Positions 24,926 through 31,652 of a stretch of 31,652 bases of DNA are shown here, one piece after another. The notes under the pieces are model-generated. The model worked only from the letters and a program-made list of their open reading frames with translations. It made no database searches and was not told where the DNA came from. A program made the position numbers and the translations under genes. Source of the DNA: Candidatus Altimarinota bacterium (GTDB taxonomy: Bacteria > Patescibacteriota > Gracilibacteria > BD1-5 > UBA2023); contig JAYSSB010000130.1 in NCBI GenBank assembly GCA_043720755.1, forward strand, positions 1-31,652. Direction: 5' to 3'. The first letter of the stretch is position 1; each line of letters starts with the position of its first letter.

Positions 24926-25915
24926 ATGAAAAAAATTAAAGGAAAACTTATTGAGCGATCACTGGACACTGGAGAAAAAGTGTCTGTCATCCGTCTCGGA
25001 TATAAAGCAGATCTCAAAATCGTCGGTGAGATGGATGATCGATGGATCATTGAGGGCTATGCATCCGTTTTCGGAAATGTCGATTCGTACTATGAGATTG
25101 TAGACAAGGGAGCTTTCACTGGATTCCTCAAAGAGTATTTTCCACGATATCCAAAATTGATATGGGCTCATGACTGGGATAAACCGATCGGAGTGACTCT
25201 CGAAGCGCGTGAGGATGATTTCGGTCTTTATGTACGCGGCGAATTGCTCAAGGATGTCGCTCAAGCGCGTGAGGCATACGCTCTCATCAAGGCCGGAGCA
25301 ATGACAGATCTTTCATTCGGATTCAGAGTGGATGAGGACTATATCGATCCAACATCCGGAGCTCGCCATTTAAAAAAGATCTCGATCTTTGAATGGTCTC
25401 CGGTACTCGTCGGAGCGAATCCAAAAGCGACACTCACTGGAGTGAAATCTCTCGATGGAATCGATATCGATGAGGTCCCGGCTGAGGCAGTGATCGATCA
25501 GACTCCAGAGGAAACTCCGGAAGCTGAGCCGGTCGCAGCGACAGATGAGGAAAATACGGCAGTGGATACAGTGGTCCCGGAGGAAACTCCGACCGCTGCC
25601 GATAGTGAGACCACTCTCCCGGGCGATGACACTACCACTCAGGAGACTCCAAAGGCCGCAGCGGTCGATGGAGAAAAAGCCGGACGTGTACTGTCAGCAA
25701 AGAATCGAAAAGTGGTGGAAACCGCTCTCGAAGCGATGCGGACTGCTTTGAATACTCTCGAGGCCTTACTAGAGGCGGCAGATGAGGCCGGTGAAAATTC
25801 ATCGGTAGCTGACGAATCGAAGCGAGATGGAAATGTTGTTAAAGGTATTCTCCGGCTCGCTCGTCAGACGGATCAAATCAATGAAAAAATCATTGTCCGA
25901 TTAAAATCGATGTAA
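24926..25915 (+). CDS. HK97-family prohead protease with acidic linker and scaffold-like C-terminal helices
   Basis: IEGYASVFGNVD, LIWAH, GLYVRGEL, LSFGF and EWSPVLVGANP motifs; C-terminal AGRVLSAKNRK coiled coil. Confidence 0.92.
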   Translation: MKKIKGKLIERSLDTGEKVSVIRLGYKADLKIVGEMDDRWIIEGYASVFGNVDSYYEIVDKGAFTGFLKEYFPRYPKLIWAHDWDKPIGVTLEAREDDFGLYVRGELLKDVAQAREAYALIKAGAMTDLSFGFRVDEDYIDPTSGARHLKKISIFEWSPVLVGANPKATLTGVKSLDGIDIDEVPAEAVIDQTPEETPEAEPVAATDEENTAVDTVVPEETPTAADSETTLPGDDTTTQETPKAAAVDGEKAGRVLSAKNRKVVETALEAMRTALNTLEALLEAADEAGENSSVADESKRDGNVVKGILRLARQTDQINEKIIVRLKSM

Positions 25916-25941
25916 TTTATCAATTTATTAAATTTTATTAT

Positions 25942-27036
25942 ATGTCTAAGTTAATGATTCAGCTTGAGGATGGGAAAGAAGTGGATCTCCACGAAATTCT
26001 CGCAAAGGCTACGTCTGATCAGCTTGTCGAAATGGGATTCAGTCTCAGTGGTGGCAAGGCAGATTTCAGCGCATTCGCGCAAAAGTCTGACGGTCAAGTA
26101 GCGTCCGAAAAAATGGATGAAGCCGCCAACTTCATCAAGTCGATTGTATTGCCAGCGAAAATGCACTCGCAATATGGAGTTAAAGCAAACATCACAACTG
26201 ACGGAGGCTCATACGGTGCGTCAGTGCCGGTCGAGCTTGCAGATGTGATCCTTGAAAAGAAAGCAAAATTCGCAGTGATGCGAGCACGCGCTTTCTCTTT
26301 CACTCTTTCAGGTACGTTTGATCTACCGATGGAGGGAACTGGAGTGACTGGATTCTGGGTAGGTGAGTCAGATACAGCAGATGCAAACCTTGTTGGCGAT
26401 TCGACTCCAACACTCACGAAAAAGACATTGAATGATCATTATCTCGCAGCTCTCGTGAAAGTTTCATGGAAGCTCATGGATACGTCCTCAGTGAACATCG
26501 TGAATTTCGTGTCAAATCTCGCAGCTCGTAAGCTCGCAGAAATTGAGGAGGCAGCATTTATCGGTGGAGACGGTACTGGAAAGCCGAAAGGACTCCGGAC
26601 TGAAACCGTGACATCCGTTGCACAAGCTGCAGCGAGTCTCGCATATACAGATCTCGTCAATTTGTATTTCACATTGCCAGCTCCATACCGAGGGAACGCA
26701 GTATTCATCACATCTGCAAAGGGTGCGAAAACAGTGGTCGGATTGAGAGACACGAACAACATGCCGATCTTTGCTCCCGGAATGCCGTTGGATGAACTTT
26801 TCCGAAAGCCGATGCTCGAGTCAATCGACATCCCGGAAAACCTTGGAGCCGGTACGAATGAAACCGAAATCTGGTTCGGTGATCCGTACTACTACTGGAT
26901 CAAGGACGGTCAAGAATTGCAGATCGCAACTGACGAAGTGATCGAGCGATTGCAGACAAAAATCCTTGTCTATCAGGCAGTCGATGGAAAGCTCACTCAT
27001 GCTGAGGCATGGGCAAAGCTGACAGCGGTGAAATAA
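25942..27036 (+). CDS. Major capsid protein, HK97 fold
   Basis: GGSYGASVP, WVGES, LAALVKVSWKLM and AFIGGDGTGKPKGL motifs; follows the protease. Confidence 0.95.
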   Translation: MSKLMIQLEDGKEVDLHEILAKATSDQLVEMGFSLSGGKADFSAFAQKSDGQVASEKMDEAANFIKSIVLPAKMHSQYGVKANITTDGGSYGASVPVELADVILEKKAKFAVMRARAFSFTLSGTFDLPMEGTGVTGFWVGESDTADANLVGDSTPTLTKKTLNDHYLAALVKVSWKLMDTSSVNIVNFVSNLAARKLAEIEEAAFIGGDGTGKPKGLRTETVTSVAQAAASLAYTDLVNLYFTLPAPYRGNAVFITSAKGAKTVVGLRDTNNMPIFAPGMPLDELFRKPMLESIDIPENLGAGTNETEIWFGDPYYYWIKDGQELQIATDEVIERLQTKILVYQAVDGKLTHAEAWAKLTAVK

Positions 27037-27046
27037 CATTTCGCTC

Positions 27047-27089
27047 TGATCCATGCGAGAGATCTCCACGGAGGTCTCTCGACGGATCA
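27047..27089 (+). terminator. Stable stem-loop after the capsid gene (no U-tract; stabiliser or weak terminator)
   Basis: cgagagatctc-CACG-gaggtctctcg (one G-U pair), with an outer tgatcc/ggatca stem. Confidence 0.55.
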
Positions 27090-27098
27090 TCACGATAT

Positions 27099-27108
27099 GC
27101 ACTATAAT
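27099..27108 (+). promoter_or_regulatory. Putative -10 GCAC-TATAAT, 7 nt before ATG 27116
   Basis: TCGACG 18 nt upstream is a possible -35. Confidence 0.5.
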
Positions 27109-27115
27109 GAAAAAT

Positions 27116-27439
27116 ATGGAAAATAGAATCACAATCAAATTCATTCATGGGTATCGTCCAAATATAAAGGGAGATATTGCAACTGTCTCAAAAGAGGAAG
27201 CAACTCGACTCATTCGATATGGATATGCGGAGATCTATGTCACAGATTTAGAAAAGGAAGCCGCTGCGCTCGAGCAAATAGCAGATCCGGAAGCGCTCAA
27301 AACTGAGCCGGAGAACACAGGATCAGCTCAAGATGAGGCAAAGACTGAGCCGGTGATCGAAATTGAGGCTCAGGCCATCTCGGAAGCTCCACAGGATAAA
27401 TCAATTCACGGACCGAGAAAGAAAATATCGAAAAAATAA
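27116..27439 (+). CDS. Small head-associated hypothetical protein (start revised from 27053)
   Basis: Short IKF...KGDIATVSKEEATRLIRYGYAE domain plus an acidic disordered tail, typical of post-capsid genes. Confidence 0.65.
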   Translation: MENRITIKFIHGYRPNIKGDIATVSKEEATRLIRYGYAEIYVTDLEKEAAALEQIADPEALKTEPENTGSAQDEAKTEPVIEIEAQAISEAPQDKSIHGPRKKISKK

Positions 27440-27442
27440 ATC

Positions 27443-28033
27443 ATGAAACTCGCCACACTTTCACAACTCAAAAGCCATCTCGGAATTCCACAGGCCGACA
27501 CGTCGAAAGACACGGTGCTGGATTTTTTACTTGAGGGGGTGAGTGGATCGATCGAGACGATGACATCACGACGCTTTGAACTGCAGTCACATTCATTGAA
27601 ACTTTCTGGAGATGGCTTTGATTCTCTCGTACTCCCCCACTATCCAATCCATGTCGAGAATGATGTCGTCATGATTACTGAGCTCACACTCGATGGAGTC
27701 GCTATTGCACTTACAACTCTCGACATTGAAGCCGATGGAGCAATTCTCTATCGAAAAGCCGGAGTCTGGAATCTTGGCCGTCGAAATATCGAGATCACAT
27801 ATTCAGCCGGGTATAAACTTGCTCACACTGAGGAAGTAGGAAATACAGATGCAGCGACGGTCCCGGCTGAGCTGCAGCTTGCCACTGTACGGATTGCAGC
27901 GCGTGTATACGAGCGAAAGACTGCAGAGGGCGTCTCATCTGTTTCCCCGGCCTCATTTACGGTGAACTATAAAGACTATATCGATCCCGACGTCAAAGCG
28001 ATGATCGATGGTCACACTCGAATCCGATTTTAA
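27443..28033 (+). CDS. Head-tail connector / adaptor (HK97 gp6 or SPP1 gp15-like)
   Basis: LATLSQLKSHLGI, IEITYSAGY and VPAELQLA motifs. Confidence 0.85.
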   Translation: MKLATLSQLKSHLGIPQADTSKDTVLDFLLEGVSGSIETMTSRRFELQSHSLKLSGDGFDSLVLPHYPIHVENDVVMITELTLDGVAIALTTLDIEADGAILYRKAGVWNLGRRNIEITYSAGYKLAHTEEVGNTDAATVPAELQLATVRIAARVYERKTAEGVSSVSPASFTVNYKDYIDPDVKAMIDGHTRIRF

Positions 28034-28036
28034 TAT

Positions 28037-28348
28037 ATGCTCAATTTCCGTACATTCGAGATTACTCGATTCACAAAAGATGCAACGTCCGGAAACTTTG
28101 TTGCAACTGAGCAAAAGACATTCATCACAGGCTATCTCGAAACCGCATCGGCGGAATTTTCTGCGATGGTCGAGGGTGAATATGGAAAAACATTCCGACT
28201 CTTTTCAGATGACATCGAATGCGATATCCGAATCGGAGACCGCGTCACTCGCGATGCGGATGTGTATGATGTAAAGGGAGTCATGGCTGCAAATGATACT
28301 CCCGGGCGAAAGCTCGAGGTGATACTCGTGAAACCGATCGATCAGTAA
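28037..28348 (+). CDS. Head closure / stopper protein (SPP1 gp16-like)
   Basis: Synteny; DIRIGDRV...YDVKGV beta-barrel pattern. Confidence 0.7.
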   Translation: MLNFRTFEITRFTKDATSGNFVATEQKTFITGYLETASAEFSAMVEGEYGKTFRLFSDDIECDIRIGDRVTRDADVYDVKGVMAANDTPGRKLEVILVKPIDQ

Positions 28349-28355
28349 TCAATAT

Positions 28356-28847
28356 ATGGAATTCTCAATCTCACTCTCAGGAAATGTCATGAAAAAACTC
28401 GACAACGCATCTCCGAAAGTGCGATCTATCTTTTCCGATGCGATACGCGATGGATCGACCGCAGTGATGGAGGAAACTATCCGCGAAGCTCCGGCGTCCA
28501 CTGGTATTCTCCGCAAAGGTATTCGGCGAGAGTTGGATCCGACAAAATTTCGAGCTGAGATCTTTCCATCGACTCGCTATGGTGAAGATCTCCACGGTCC
28601 ATTTGAGGGCGGCGGATCACACTCTGCTCCAAAAGGTATCCCGGCGAGAGAAGCTCAAGAGGGTGGATCACTTTATCGATGGGCTAAAAAGAAAGGAATC
28701 AATCCGTGGGCGGTCCGGGCATCGATTGCAAAGAAAGGGACGCGCTATAATAAATATATGAAGCGAGCGGCTCAAAATACATCGGGGCAAGTACAAAGAA
28801 TTTTTGGAGATGCAATCGATCGAGTCGCAAAATATATTGGAGACTAA
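28356..28847 (+). CDS. HK97 gp10-like tail completion protein
   Basis: APASTGILRKGI motif, G..YNKYMKRA and synteny. Confidence 0.7.
   Translation: MEFSISLSGNVMKKLDNASPKVRSIFSDAIRDGSTAVMEETIREAPASTGILRKGIRRELDPTKFRAEIFPSTRYGEDLHGPFEGGGSHSAPKGIPAREAQEGGSLYRWAKKKGINPWAVRASIAKKGTRYNKYMKRAAQNTSGQVQRIFGDAIDRVAKYIGD
28742..28751 (+). promoter_or_regulatory. Putative intragenic extended -10 GCGC-TATAAT
   Basis: Same 10-mer as at 6745 and 11572; in-frame ATG 6 nt downstream at 28758. Confidence 0.4.
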
Positions 28848-28858
28848 ATTTCATTACT

Positions 28859-29287
28859 ATGTATCAAACTATCAGACAGGCAATCATCGACGTGATCTCA
28901 AATCCGGCTGTTACTCATGTAGAAAAAGCGTATCGGACAGATCGATCGGACATCGATGGGTATCCGGCCGCTCTCGTATTTCCGACAGAGCATCAAGCCG
29001 AGTATCATCAAACGTCTCCGGAATCTAACAAAGAGACATATCTTTTCACGGTCCGGGTGATCGTGCCATTCACTGAGGGTCAAGATGAGGCAGATATCAA
29101 ACTCGAGAAAGCAATGGATCAGCTCATCACTCTTTTCCGTGATCGTAATATACTCGGTCCGGGAGTCGCCGACTGGCTAAAGCCGGTCCCGGGACGATGG
29201 GGATATCAGGATCGAGGGAATGGAGTCAATCGCATCGGCGAACTTTCTCTACAGGTGACGAAGTATGTTGATCCATCATCATCATGA
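28859..29287 (+). CDS. Tail terminator protein
   Basis: YPAALVFP...YLFTVRV pattern; located upstream of the tail tube. Confidence 0.7.
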   Translation: MYQTIRQAIIDVISNPAVTHVEKAYRTDRSDIDGYPAALVFPTEHQAEYHQTSPESNKETYLFTVRVIVPFTEGQDEADIKLEKAMDQLITLFRDRNILGPGVADWLKPVPGRWGYQDRGNGVNRIGELSLQVTKYVDPSSS

Positions 29288-29406
29288 TAAAATCAGAGAG
29301 ACAACGACCGAAAGTCACAGTCAGGACGCGAGAGCTCAAAAATGATCGTGTCTCGATGAAAGTGGATTTCGATTTGCCGGTCAAGAAATTATCAATCAAA
29401 AAATAA
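29284..29406 (+). CDS. 40-aa basic peptide (not in ORF track): MIKSERQRPKVTVRTRELKNDRVSMKVDFDLPVKKLSIKK
   Basis: ATGA-coupled to the tail terminator stop; fills the gap to the tail tube gene. Confidence 0.5.
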   Translation: MIKSERQRPKVTVRTRELKNDRVSMKVDFDLPVKKLSIKK

Positions 29407-29413
29407 ATTTTAT

Positions 29414-30418
29414 ATGCCAATTTTAAGAGGTGAAGACGTAATCATGATGGTGGGATCTGAAACAGCTCGAGGGACTGCAGTCGTACCGACAATGTCGGTC
29501 CCGGGACGATCTCCATCTGGTATCCGTCCGATTCAGGATCGAGTCGCAATTAAGGAGACTCGCGGATTTAAGCTCGCGACATCCGCTGAGGAAATTATCC
29601 AAAAACGAGCAGAGGGAGACTTTGAAATGAATGTCCGTGTAAACAGCATCGGATTTTTCCTCAAGTCTTTGCTCGGATCATTATCATCGGTCGCAAAAAT
29701 CGCTCCGAATGCTGCAGTGTTTGATCACACTTTTCGTCTGCTCGAGGACACTCCAGAGCATCCGTCTTTGACTTTCGGACTGCATCAAAAAAACATTCAG
29801 GACTATACCTATCGTCTAGGAGGTGTAAGCAAAATGGAATTTGAGCTCACTCCGACAGATTTGATCATGGCAAAGCTCGCTCTCGGCGCTGCCGCAGAAG
29901 CAGAAAAAAATCCGGCATACGCTCCCGACTTTACAACTGCGATCCACACTGGGGATCATCATTTCCGACATCAAGACGTCACAATCAAAATCGCAGCGAA
30001 CGTCGCGGGGCTCGGTGCTGCTCCGGCTCTCAAAGTAAAATCACTCAATCTCACTCTCGACAATGGACTCCGTCCGGATCAGAATGTGACAGAACTTAAT
30101 CCCGGGAATATGCTCGTGACTGAGGTAAAATTTGAGGGTAAATTTGAGCTCGACTATCAGGACAAAGTGCTCCATGATCTATTCGATACAAATGCAAATC
30201 GCGCTTTGCAGATCTTAATGGTCCGCAGTGATATCACTATCGGCACATCTGCGAATCCTAGTGTATTGATCACATTCCCACGGATCACTTTTAACAACTG
30301 GGAGCCGTCACGTCCGATCGAAGAAGTGGTCCGAGAAGCTCTGTCATTCACAGTGTTACAATCTCCGACAGAGCAAGCGATCGAAATTGTGACATCTAAC
30401 TTAATCACTACATACTAA
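29414..30418 (+). CDS. Major tail (tube) protein
   Basis: 334 aa; VGSETARGT N-terminus; PSLTFG and FEGKFELDY motifs; synteny. Confidence 0.85.
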   Translation: MPILRGEDVIMMVGSETARGTAVVPTMSVPGRSPSGIRPIQDRVAIKETRGFKLATSAEEIIQKRAEGDFEMNVRVNSIGFFLKSLLGSLSSVAKIAPNAAVFDHTFRLLEDTPEHPSLTFGLHQKNIQDYTYRLGGVSKMEFELTPTDLIMAKLALGAAAEAEKNPAYAPDFTTAIHTGDHHFRHQDVTIKIAANVAGLGAAPALKVKSLNLTLDNGLRPDQNVTELNPGNMLVTEVKFEGKFELDYQDKVLHDLFDTNANRALQILMVRSDITIGTSANPSVLITFPRITFNNWEPSRPIEEVVREALSFTVLQSPTEQAIEIVTSNLITTY

Positions 30419-30422
30419 ATTT

Positions 30423-30794
30423 ATGATTGAAAGACAAACAGAAGTCATCACTCTCCCCCGGACTAAAACTGCCGTTACAGTTAAATCATGGCTTACAGGT
30501 GGAGAGCTAATTGATCTCGAGGCTACTACTGCCGGAGCCGGAGCGAAGTCAGTGAACAATCAATCAGGTGAAGTGATGATGGATGCTGAATCCGCATATC
30601 GAAAACGACTGCAAAAGTTGATCTCAATCATGATCACAAAGATTCAGGTCGGAGAAGAAGTGATCGAAGAAAAAGGAAAGATCTGGGACACTGTCTGCGA
30701 TCTGCCACATCTCGACTATAACGCTCTCATGATGAGAATCGATGGGATTACCGTATCCGGAGGCTCACTCACTGAGGAAGAAAAAAAAGCATAG
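30423..30794 (+). CDS. Tail assembly chaperone (gpG-like)
   Basis: Between the tube and TMP genes; ends at a slippery A-run. Confidence 0.8.
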   Translation: MIERQTEVITLPRTKTAVTVKSWLTGGELIDLEATTAGAGAKSVNNQSGEVMMDAESAYRKRLQKLISIMITKIQVGEEVIEEKGKIWDTVCDLPHLDYNALMMRIDGITVSGGSLTEEEKKA

Positions 30795-30991
30795 CGACCA
30801 CTTACCGGAGGCTATTCGAGGGGAATAGCACTGGATGGACTCCGCAAATCATGGTGGTCGAAGTCATGAAATATCTCGGGGTCGGATATTACGACGTTAT
30901 AAGCACTCCGCGGTGGGTGCTCGACGTCGTGCTCATTCGGATGCATGAGGACGCTGAGTATCAACGCTATCAATCGAAGCGATCTAGCTGA
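30780..30991 (+). CDS. -1 frameshift extension (gpT-like) giving a roughly 190-aa G-T fusion; not in ORF track
   Basis: GAA AAA AAA GCA TAG; the -1 frame reads open for 68 codons (KSIATTYRRLFEGNSTGWTPQIMVVEVMKYLGVGYYDVISTPRWVLDVVLIRMHEDAEYQRYQSKRSS) to TGA at 30989-30991. Confidence 0.8.
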
Positions 30992-30995
30992 GGTC

Positions 30996-31004
30996 GTGTA
31001 TAAT
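30996..31004 (+). promoter_or_regulatory. Putative -10 GTG-TATAAT, 8 nt before the TMP ATG
   Basis: Perfect hexamer; no SD. Confidence 0.5.
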
Positions 31005-31012
31005 TTTTATAT

Positions 31013-31652
31013 ATGTCAACTGCCACTATAAAATTGATCATGGACATGGATGACAAAGTGTCTCCAAAAATGTCCGGGGTAAAAAATTCTCTCGATAGTC
31101 TCAAAGGAAATATCGAATCGATGGCGCCTACATTCAGAGCAATGTCAGCGGCCGGGACTGCAGCACTTGTCGCAATTGGAGCGGCCGGATTTTCTGCGGT
31201 TAAATCATACGGCGAAGCGGAGAGAGCTCAGCGTCAGCTCGAGAATGCAGTGATCGGAGTATCTAAAGGGACCAAAGAGCAAGCGACTGCAATTTCAAAC
31301 GTGTCTGAGGCGCTACAGGAAAAAGTCGGGATCGATGGTGACGCTCTTAAAATGGGAGCTGCTCAGCTTTCTACTTTCGGACTGCAATCAAAATCAGTGG
31401 TGGATCTCACAAAGTCGCTCGCAGATCTCACAGTGAATCAAAATGGAGTGAATGCATCATCTGATCAGTACGTGCAAAGCGCCAACACAATCGCAAAAGC
31501 ATTGAATGGTCAATTCGGAGTGCTCGAAAAATCTGGAATTCGTTTCACTGAGGCTCAACAAAATATGATTCTTTATGGTACTGAATCAGAAAAAGTCGCA
31601 GCGCTACAAGAGGGACTCGCACAAAATCTCCGAGAGACGACTGACACTCTCA
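31013..31652 (+). CDS. Tail tape measure protein, N-terminal part (not in ORF track; continues across the join)
   Basis: Open frame MSTATIKLIMDMDDKVSPKM...; 184 codons before the ATG equivalent to position 11. Confidence 0.9.
   Translation, partial: MSTATIKLIMDMDDKVSPKMSGVKNSLDSLKGNIESMAPTFRAMSAAGTAALVAIGAAGFSAVKSYGEAERAQRQLENAVIGVSKGTKEQATAISNVSEALQEKVGIDGDALKMGAAQLSTFGLQSKSVVDLTKSLADLTVNQNGVNASSDQYVQSANTIAKALNGQFGVLEKSGIRFTEAQQNMILYGTESEKVAALQEGLAQNLRETTDTL
31555..31652. repeat. Terminal direct repeat, right copy
   Basis: Identical to 1-98. Confidence 0.95.

Noticed and set aside
19-30408. Minus-strand ORFs and short alternative-frame ORFs in the track (e.g. 19..585, 18994..19635, 23952..24308)
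   Set aside because: They are shadows of well-supported + strand genes, with no recognisable motifs.
1-31652. Stop-codon reassignment (code 15 or 25)
   Set aside because: Standard-code ORFs tile the genome densely and core genes are full length. TAA, TAG and TGA all end genes at sensible boundaries.
1-31652. tRNA genes, introns or inteins
   Set aside because: No T-loop or cloverleaf signature was seen by eye, and TerL, portal and capsid have normal uninterrupted lengths. tRNAscan-SE and Infernal would confirm.

Overview
This window is a complete, circularly assembled tailed-phage genome of 31,554 bp unique length. Bases 1-98 are identical to 31555-31652, and the break falls inside the tape measure gene. 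All credible genes are on the + strand. Gene order after the break: tail tip and fibre genes; a lysis cluster (papain-like peptidase with a peptidoglycan-binding domain, SLT-like enzyme, small membrane proteins); a 0.7 kb regulatory island; an early/replication block (Sak4-like AAA ATPase, SSB, RHH protein, DEDDh exonuclease, DUF3268-like protein, replisome organiser with internal repeats, RusA-like nuclease, Stealth-like phosphotransferase); PBSX-type terminase; a portal-gpF fusion; a 5 kb putative fibre module inserted among the head genes; HK97-type protease and capsid; neck; tail tube; G/GT chaperone frameshift; tape measure. I recognised no integrase, CI repressor, tRNA, CRISPR array or reverse transcriptase. 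Genes lack Shine-Dalgarno (SD) sites. About ten instead have a -10 hexamer 6-8 nt before the ATG, which suggests leaderless mRNAs. This pattern and the SSB/SLT sequence style point to a Patescibacteria (CPR/Parcubacteria-like) host, by inference only. The most striking anomaly is one island at 6435-6696. There a 55-aa Cys-rich ORF missing from the ORF track has a near-perfect extended SD. Its stop codon overlaps a 16-nt exact complement of the 16S rRNA 3' end, with no start codon downstream, followed by a terminator. All family assignments come from motif recognition by eye, not database searches.
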